Virus record (IMG/VR): IMGVR_UViG_3300020045_008339
Source: an uncultured virus (IMG/VR IMGVR_UViG_3300020045_008339)
Taxonomy: Duplodnaviria; Heunggongvirae; Uroviricota; Caudoviricetes
DNA: 64,000 nt
Reading direction: 5' to 3' (one strand)
Part shown: positions 61,501 through 64,000 of the stretch, one piece after another
Layout: each line of letters starts with the position of its first letter
Numbering within the stretch: position 1 is the stretch's first letter
Position numbers and translations under genes: made by a program
Notes under the pieces: generated by a model
Databases searched by the model: none
Seen by the model: only the letters and a program-made list of their open reading frames with translations
Told to the model about the DNA's origin: nothing

Positions 61501-63701
61501 CCATCAAGTATAGCACCCTGCAAACCCTTAGCCTTAACTGCTGCTTCAAAAGTTTTGAAAGTGACATTTTCGCCAGCTTCCAGTATTCCCTTCCCGAATA
61601 TTTTGCCAGTAAGGTTGGCTGGTGATAAAATGTTTTCAGATAAACCTTGTGGCAATGAAGTAATAAAAGCATAACCATGCCTCACTTTTTCATCGCTGGT
61701 ATATTTTGATGCATTCTGGTACCCCTGTTCGTAAGCCGCCAATGTTCCTGCTGCTGTAGTAGTAGAGAACTGCAACGCCTTTTCAAGTTTCTGGTACTTG
61801 CTCAAAGCAGCCTGTGTTTCTTCTACAATCTGTGCAGCCCTAGTCATACCGTCAACACCTTTCAATGCTCCTGCACCCTTAACTATAGCCTTACCTGCTG
61901 CAAGTTCTGCACCAAGTGTAACAGGAGCATTGAAAGCACCAAGTCCCATAAAATTACCAGTGGACGTACCAATGGTATTCAGTACACTTTCATAGTTGAA
62001 ATTAAAATGGTTCTTGCCATCAGCACCTTTCTGCAAAAGTTTTTGGTTCTCTGGGATGAAGCCGTAGTTTTCCAAACGGTTCTGTATAAGTTCATTTGTC
62101 TTGTCAGCATAAGCCTTTGACGCAAATATCCTATTAGCACCCTGCCCAATACCAGACCACACATCATCAATACCAGAAGCTACGTTGGATATAAAACCCT
62201 TAACCCTGATAGGGTCAGCACCAGTGTTCCAACCGATACCCATTTGCTCCTTGTAGTTCTTCTGTATATCCTTCGCTTCATCAATAGTAATAGGGTCGCC
62301 CTTTGCGTTCATTGTCTTAACAATCGCTTCCAAATCTTCATCACTGGCACTTGTACCAAAAATACTATGTAGCATTCTCCTTCCATAACCAACTGCTGGC
62401 ACACCTGGTACTGCAATATTCGATTCAACAGCATATTCAATCTGCCTACGGTTGGCAAGCTGGTTAATCATGTTTATACGCTGCTGTCTTTTTACCAATT
62501 CAGGAAAGTTCTTTTTGAAAGTTCCATCAATACCCTTCATAGTGCCTTCATATTCTTTCAGGGAATCAAAATATGAGGAAATATTTTTGTCGGCAAGCAG
62601 GGTATTCAATTTTTGAAGTTCTGCTACCGTTACCTGTGGCTTGCCGCCTGTTTTAAATGCCGCCGCATCTGCTTCACGCTTCATCATCAATGTTTGTGCC
62701 TCCGCTAATTTCTTAGGGTCGGCCATCCTGATTTTTTCCGCCAGATCATCCTGCATAAAACCCATTACAGCATCCCTGCCATCCATCCAGTTCCTTGCCT
62801 GTAAGGTTTGCTTTGTTTCAAGTTCGTTGTTTGTTTTAGCAACATTCAAAGCAGTGATCTTAGCTGTATCGTCAGATACTTTATTGTCGCCCAACAACTG
62901 CCTCTTGAGTACGCCAACCTTCATAATGGCATCCTTGTCCATAGTGATAGGTACACCTTTGAAAACCTGTTTTGTAATAGCCTTGTTACTAACTTGGGAT
63001 ATTGATTTTTTTAGGTCATCAAGGTATTTTTGCTTCTCTTTTTGTACGGCATCTATAGCTGGGTCTATTTGCACACGCATAGCAGCACCTTCATAACCAC
63101 CAGAGGGGATGTGTAACTTCTTTTTTTCTTCAAGCTCTACTATTTCTTCCGTAAGAGCTTTTATCCTTTCGTTAGCATAATTTTTTATTACACCAAAATC
63201 ATCGCCGCCAGTAATTTGCCTACGGCGATATTCCTTCTCATCCTGTTTATTGGGCATGTGGCCACCAGCAATACCTGTATTTTGAATTTGCTGGATAGCG
63301 GAGATAGAAAATTTGTCTGTTGGTTTTTGTTGGCTAGAAATGCCATCTATGGAGAAACGATTCCAGTTATCGTAATCCTGTTCAAGGAACGATTTGGCTT
63401 TCTGTGTTTCATCTTCTTTTTTAGCAGCAAAAGTATCATCAACTTTTTTAGCTACAGCAGTTCCGCCACCTGCTTTTTCAATCAGCTTCGATTCCGCTTC
63501 CTTTTCTGCCAATAAGTCTAAAGAGGAAATCTTTGAAGAGCCACCAGTAGAAGGCTGGTCGCCAGTTTTTTTTTTTTGAGTTTCTCCAAGCAATTCTAAT
63601 GTGGAAGGTTTGCCCTCCGCTTGCTCAATCAGGTTCTTATCACTGATACTTTCATTGATAAGGTCGAGAGAACTTGGTTTCGGTCTTGTTGCTTTTGACA
63701 T
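49536..63701 (-). CDS. Giant DarB-like polyvalent protein (zeta-like P-loop kinase, N6-adenine MTase, SNF2-like helicase, RadC/JAB)
   Basis: GGPGVGKS near 58940; LEPSAGKG near 56570 and NVPF near 56380; VGSGKT near 54435, DESQ near 53965, SGTPISN, QRNGR; HNHPSG...SDQD near 51290. Confidence 0.9.
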   Translation of the reverse strand: MSKATRPKPSSLDLINESISDKNLIEQAEGKPSTLELLGETQKKKTGDQPSTGGSSKISSLDLLAEKEAESKLIEKAGGGTAVAKKVDDTFAAKKEDETQKAKSFLEQDYDNWNRFSIDGISSQQKPTDKFSISAIQQIQNTGIAGGHMPNKQDEKEYRRRQITGGDDFGVIKNYANERIKALTEEIVELEEKKKLHIPSGGYEGAAMRVQIDPAIDAVQKEKQKYLDDLKKSISQVSNKAITKQVFKGVPITMDKDAIMKVGVLKRQLLGDNKVSDDTAKITALNVAKTNNELETKQTLQARNWMDGRDAVMGFMQDDLAEKIRMADPKKLAEAQTLMMKREADAAAFKTGGKPQVTVAELQKLNTLLADKNISSYFDSLKEYEGTMKGIDGTFKKNFPELVKRQQRINMINQLANRRQIEYAVESNIAVPGVPAVGYGRRMLHSIFGTSASDEDLEAIVKTMNAKGDPITIDEAKDIQKNYKEQMGIGWNTGADPIRVKGFISNVASGIDDVWSGIGQGANRIFASKAYADKTNELIQNRLENYGFIPENQKLLQKGADGKNHFNFNYESVLNTIGTSTGNFMGLGAFNAPVTLGAELAAGKAIVKGAGALKGVDGMTRAAQIVEETQAALSKYQKLEKALQFSTTTAAGTLAAYEQGYQNASKYTSDEKVRHGYAFITSLPQGLSENILSPANLTGKIFGKGILEAGENVTFKTFEAAVKAKGLQGAILDGLKAGSKTALSVIAEESAEELVPIPITAIADKVMLGKDTTPGELGNSMLETFVQTAIGTMGLGFGAGMRRGRDRSNILKESLFEAGMNPDTYRAYFNKSLATGEITQEEADRNIRAVNTMEKIVSKMPTTKIRDGVEVPLTQKEAATLAAQEYRIRHNNKLIADEPLQSQIDIINQDTEEALAIQNAIINPSANRNVGVADDDVKVVAQSAADKIDGRRNDIATILASEEVRGTELVDSFLDSFTPEELEIITERPEELPIDDTSLIAGVNSIIRGEPEDISNPIELNPEDTSANPGDESVKQSLLDFNSSTDVEKKAKIEQLKENINLLEKALTKFKGGVEYKDGGKKSDIQDQLDTSRKLLEHISSSKTNSHGRNQTQNGQRQQQSESDSDQEARRSQQQLPNQEPSNQNGRGKDGGQQKGPLEKTEGGAGNGTPSSVSKAEDLLDDILSNENDATISTLMNLRDEHRRTPANATKKLSQIEKQANDLANQIGATIKYTDTIRTRSGKGGKRNFDIVDEAGVKMKRPSVKMESDTSKRAGLENRSEEFQSFYNSFLPQLERSLNDSDKFEPKVDLGIPATYVRSGLKAIAKRKPNAHSFDVLDALEGQYNSGYIDFVQRAGKTNNRIGVPIEAYMDIQEEAAEVVDEMPEDELLVWGEFEPQRAFDEIPEQWPVNFEAFMTERFDEGFDNEFFPENFQEDYKANREEFDEQFAAAFPDEVIDNIKALIDETTDNDIQGEQEDDTVLPDDGKVPEGSKENTDGKPVGDGNEKTKGQKFLLTEGQHNEVVDNYLASFEGVADPDKIRTFIPDYDAAFPEKYNYDMAVILNSVYDKLITSPDYDAVSFVIGGPGVGKSSVMTGAKADRSFVWDGVFTDNEKLVTFVEKATGNGKAVHVNLVYNVPTQAFANIIKRYHKGKDRRVVRLEYFIRATNAQDGRIDFLKQFPDVSVVVFDNSENNNKPVILESSEGEKLQFGLTESQQAEIKNLIENDNELNDTEKQLFLAGWVGENISTDKGEKQPEETGGQGSLEGTGGELEGDTAEQEVSRLSGLTNEEKAVMAMIDEKQKQLATAEKKLKTKIKSLEKTISNSTPDLFGATAEGNANEKLFSAEIDLTQREVATKREKGAVQKIKNELNSLYKQLERIQGKPSAQTEMFEEGEYKFVAPPLVEMLDRNVSAINEVNDEFIAEHQGKVEPLQKELKELVSQQKATRNKDEKKELELAAQAIQKRIDQIDMAAQDAQEAQHLLFFDYMQRRAAQEGLPNGDELVAEMVADVYNTIYERPGIEWAWQEKLDSVVSGVLANYQEGNKIDALDILKSPDVDTIADFVKQEFLSTRDFDYLPKYLYTMVNNFVTRNFEGLVNDSSVTGAWNNRYYSQPLERILGIELPSEARSKAEKQNLMVLFEKRYDEIFKPNDDGTLQGDTEQSGGSGKSGNRRNDAAKPDKGLQKTTVRPTERGGKTDSNSTESGEGVQPENGNADSIRTEPIGGEGNSLAGNNAAVRLMNYTIPTDFKEQSTWNKNIMFNNNIEALKLLFDLESTGRLANPDEQSVLAKYVGFGGLKEILLDPAEKGWKEIDERYRDKVQAVHDAIKLFDPTGAKGLLKGIKAGVLNAHFTPHVVTKSIWHGLALAGFKGGSFLEPSAGKGNFIAAMPQAMSSNSEITAVEIDELTGRLLKQLYPLADVHIKGLQDARLPENHYDIVVSNVPFGSTSVFDPMFASKDKRYQSASKSIHNYFFAKGLDLVRPGGVVAFVTSKGTMDSSKSQETRELIAEQGEMIGAIRLPDTTFKAAAGTEVVADIIFIRKYDIGETKILDQSFVKSKSTTINGTPVSYNSYFHINPDMMLGKVELGGLYSNDSFNLSGKGVDLESAINTAIGKIFTKELFTEEQKQKNERVKKETSDYVNNEEYDKIGNIVVLPSGDVGRVTGDIYKDEELDAKAWAAGINPDRIRDGVVDSEKLESVGLSADMFNIRAVEKLRLGKEQREKAPLFTKIRAFVNKLFYQELNGYNDFAVTNTRKALKGVYDDFVKQFGRLNAKDNYTLVKQDADQWTILALEKKDESGRYVPSDVFTQRTIKPVKKLDKVDNVHDAILVSLEEFGNLNLHRIGELLGKSAEQVLIDETREGGAIFEQPNNTFVSREEYLSGNVKQKLQEAKDARMEHNVSELQKVQPADIEAIDIYSPMNARWLPTAFLKQFLQHVMSDNSLMIRYSRSNDSYTVSMSESAKSDAFSTSRKKASWIVEHALNGIEPIVKYTDREGKTYIDETDTAVAKDNYKKLRNLWDQWKYEDETIRNNIQEVYNKVYNTTILRQYDGSHLQLPGMLGFELRPHQKDGVWRFVTTKGGIADHIVGSGKTLMMIATAMEGRRLGVFKKPLITGLKSQIPQFAAEFRKAYPLAKILFPSQNDFKPENRKRLLSQIATNDWDAIILTHENLNAIPMPVEIQVKLIDELCSEIEDEMRGITDKKELKGLENRLSNYRQRIANLKNVKKDEDILDFSQLGIDFMMVDESQEFKNLEFITKKRNVRGLGNMIGSKRAFNMLISCRYLQNLNGGDKGILFASGTPISNTMAELYLLFKYLRPNKMLELGIRTFDQWAALFAEDFTDLEYYMGRFKEVSRFRQFVNLPELITMYQEIADVRNANNIVLDRPKAIHTLVKIEPTNSQLEYIGMLQEYIATKGNAYKETLGLENGYDEQKGVNPSYAVLATTFAKKLSVDPRLIDADAGEGSKIEAAARNILEEYVDSTPYKGTQLVFCDLGTPKTKDQVTNLYNFLEDEGMLSDTEMIEVFGESFGEGGKKPALSQIKTKLLAKEDDGTGKYLDITEADFDNLVREANTAVRFDVYNALKKSLIELGIAPEEIEFIHDHDSRSKREKLYERVNNGDVRVLIGSTRKMGVGVNVQKRVIAGHHLDITWKPADLEQRNGRFERQMNIMAKMHRDNKVQAYYYATERTLDASMYELVNTKAKFIAQLKLGGAIQRRMKDIAEDDVDMGAMAAELSGDPIFKKKAVLTKEVQKLNESFTAWQRKKYSAESAVNNDRRIIEYRQELIERKEAAIARLSELNEEYKPEPKTDEEKKKEKEEDKVSTLRVGKKQIMQSAVVNGKKIQRQTFIAREILEVLKDRTAKTSVGKSFNVAKMNGVDIIATVQYDDRNKSFYNDLQLMLDGVEIDKFTASSNDISLGIRLRKSFEDLQENVDYSKSIIAEKKKDVPVYEAQSKIPFVVQDKDGNDVDGMEELNSKIAELATIDNTIKAQLKLEQDAKIAKYKDNENTEVDTSLEEEGLQYVQGLMFNVMDLQTPTKLQATNGDFVTIERKFSEQKHLMFSGTEKIESHADVAWLFRNLETQGVENAYAVFIRKDGSYFTQHLGTGIQTGVMVEPKVIVNTAIAEEAVKVVFVHNHPSGNLKPSDQDHRMFGRLKEALEDIAELEAIIMNLTSGNYATFDEDIYDPTLKRATSGETNEVAVHSFDRIAFLRGYNPAKIFSTQDVAAYLTSRKYGAGGKPEVLLISRRNHILGKVSLPINTIKGNVSKAYKTITTLVTTYGANGVIVFGNVKEAEKDMQALKGRLRAADIEMLDYVQVSSQYNTASYSEQGFLEPENTYNAAATVVNENMGLSDSSSKEDSIINAFANYAFITDLGVDDFLKAVTQRFGSKANFNKRLARLGWEKAQPIIMDVLANYSNDAKISLIKKSVGFAPLMETIDNYVFKKKQAIKEAVPPDSENIAPVGEEEEIETPNPSNVDDDFIKNLKITTSETEVENYRSKITLENVFDNLEYGNQEYAVTHMAGLVNDGNSIVEWAKEKWGNEAGTWAPALLDHLRKINVDTIKKIVAVARVMHELNAVKSTSNNNDVKKAIGLATRMWQELMHDAGVALNAGKLLKVLRDGDFSSFFTDGLMTEKQVRKKKIMVNTESNSMVTDDAAEKGVGTTTEDVKDAAKKIDNPVNDAEKKRAAKLQEYANKANALQTKISSSTSIQDLINKLKC

Positions 63702-63703
63702 AT

Positions 63704-64000
63704 TTATTCGTTGTCGTCTGTTATAGCTGATTGGTCGTCCTTGTTTGTTACTTTATTGTTCAGTGCCTTTGCTGACTGAAAAGTTGAAATCCTAGTACCT
63801 GTACCGTTTGCACCTTTCAATTCACCATCCTGATAACCACCTTGGTCAACAAGTTTCTGAATATAATCCGTCACCTTAATACCTGCTCTCAAAGCATCTT
63901 TAGCAAGTTCTGCTTTTGTATATCCATGCCACTTGCCTTGCTTATCCTTCATCCACCAATTATCAAGCGGCTTGAAATAATACCCCGGCTTCGTTGATTC
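63704..64000 (-). CDS. 3' end of an upstream hypothetical gene
   Basis: Frame is open to the window edge. Confidence 0.55.
   Translation of the reverse strand, partial: ESTKPGYYFKPLDNWWMKDKQGKWHGYTKAELAKDALRAGIKVTDYIQKLVDQGGYQDGELKGANGTGTRISTFQSAKALNNKVTNKDDQSAITDDNE

Noticed and set aside
49567..63579. Numerous plus-strand ORFs opposite the giant gene, and similar shadows elsewhere
   Set aside because: Antisense shadow ORFs without recognisable motifs.
1..64000. CRISPR array, reverse transcriptase/DGR, integrase or invertase
   Set aside because: No repeat-spacer array, RT motif or recombinase motif was seen by eye.
1..64000. Stop-codon reassignment as in some crAss-like phages
   Set aside because: Long genes are intact under the standard bacterial code, and TAA, TAG and TGA all end genes.

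Overview
AT-rich phage (or prophage) DNA from a Bacteroidota host, judged from repeated TAnnTTTG promoter boxes, A-rich translation starts without Shine-Dalgarno sequences, and lipoproteins with K/E-rich residues after the Cys. The window holds a crAss-like virion module (portal, 1522-aa tail stabilisation-like protein, large terminase), a lysis cassette with an Amidase_3 endolysin, and a replication module (initiator with internal iteron-like repeats, primase-helicase, SSB, ParB-like protein, SbcC-like ATPase). It also carries a C5 methyltransferase, many small accessory genes, two CAT-anticodon tRNAs, several tRNA-like RNAs, and a 4721-aa DarB-like polyvalent protein. Main leads: (1) a 2645-bp IS982-family element (43559-46203; 18-bp IRs, TATTATA target duplication) carrying three passenger genes and three separate structured-RNA candidates, inserted beside a phage paralog of its own cargo lipoprotein; (2) a portal gene split by a 640-bp inversion bounded by 17-bp imperfect inverted repeats (real switch or assembly chimera); (3) a SLOG-like/Acb2-Tad1-like fusion; (4) a tRNA-like RNA with a large anticodon-loop insert beside a ~345-nt ncRNA candidate; (5) an 81-nt tract of 14 G-runs followed by several gene-fusion scars. 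All family assignments come from motif recognition by eye; no searches were run.
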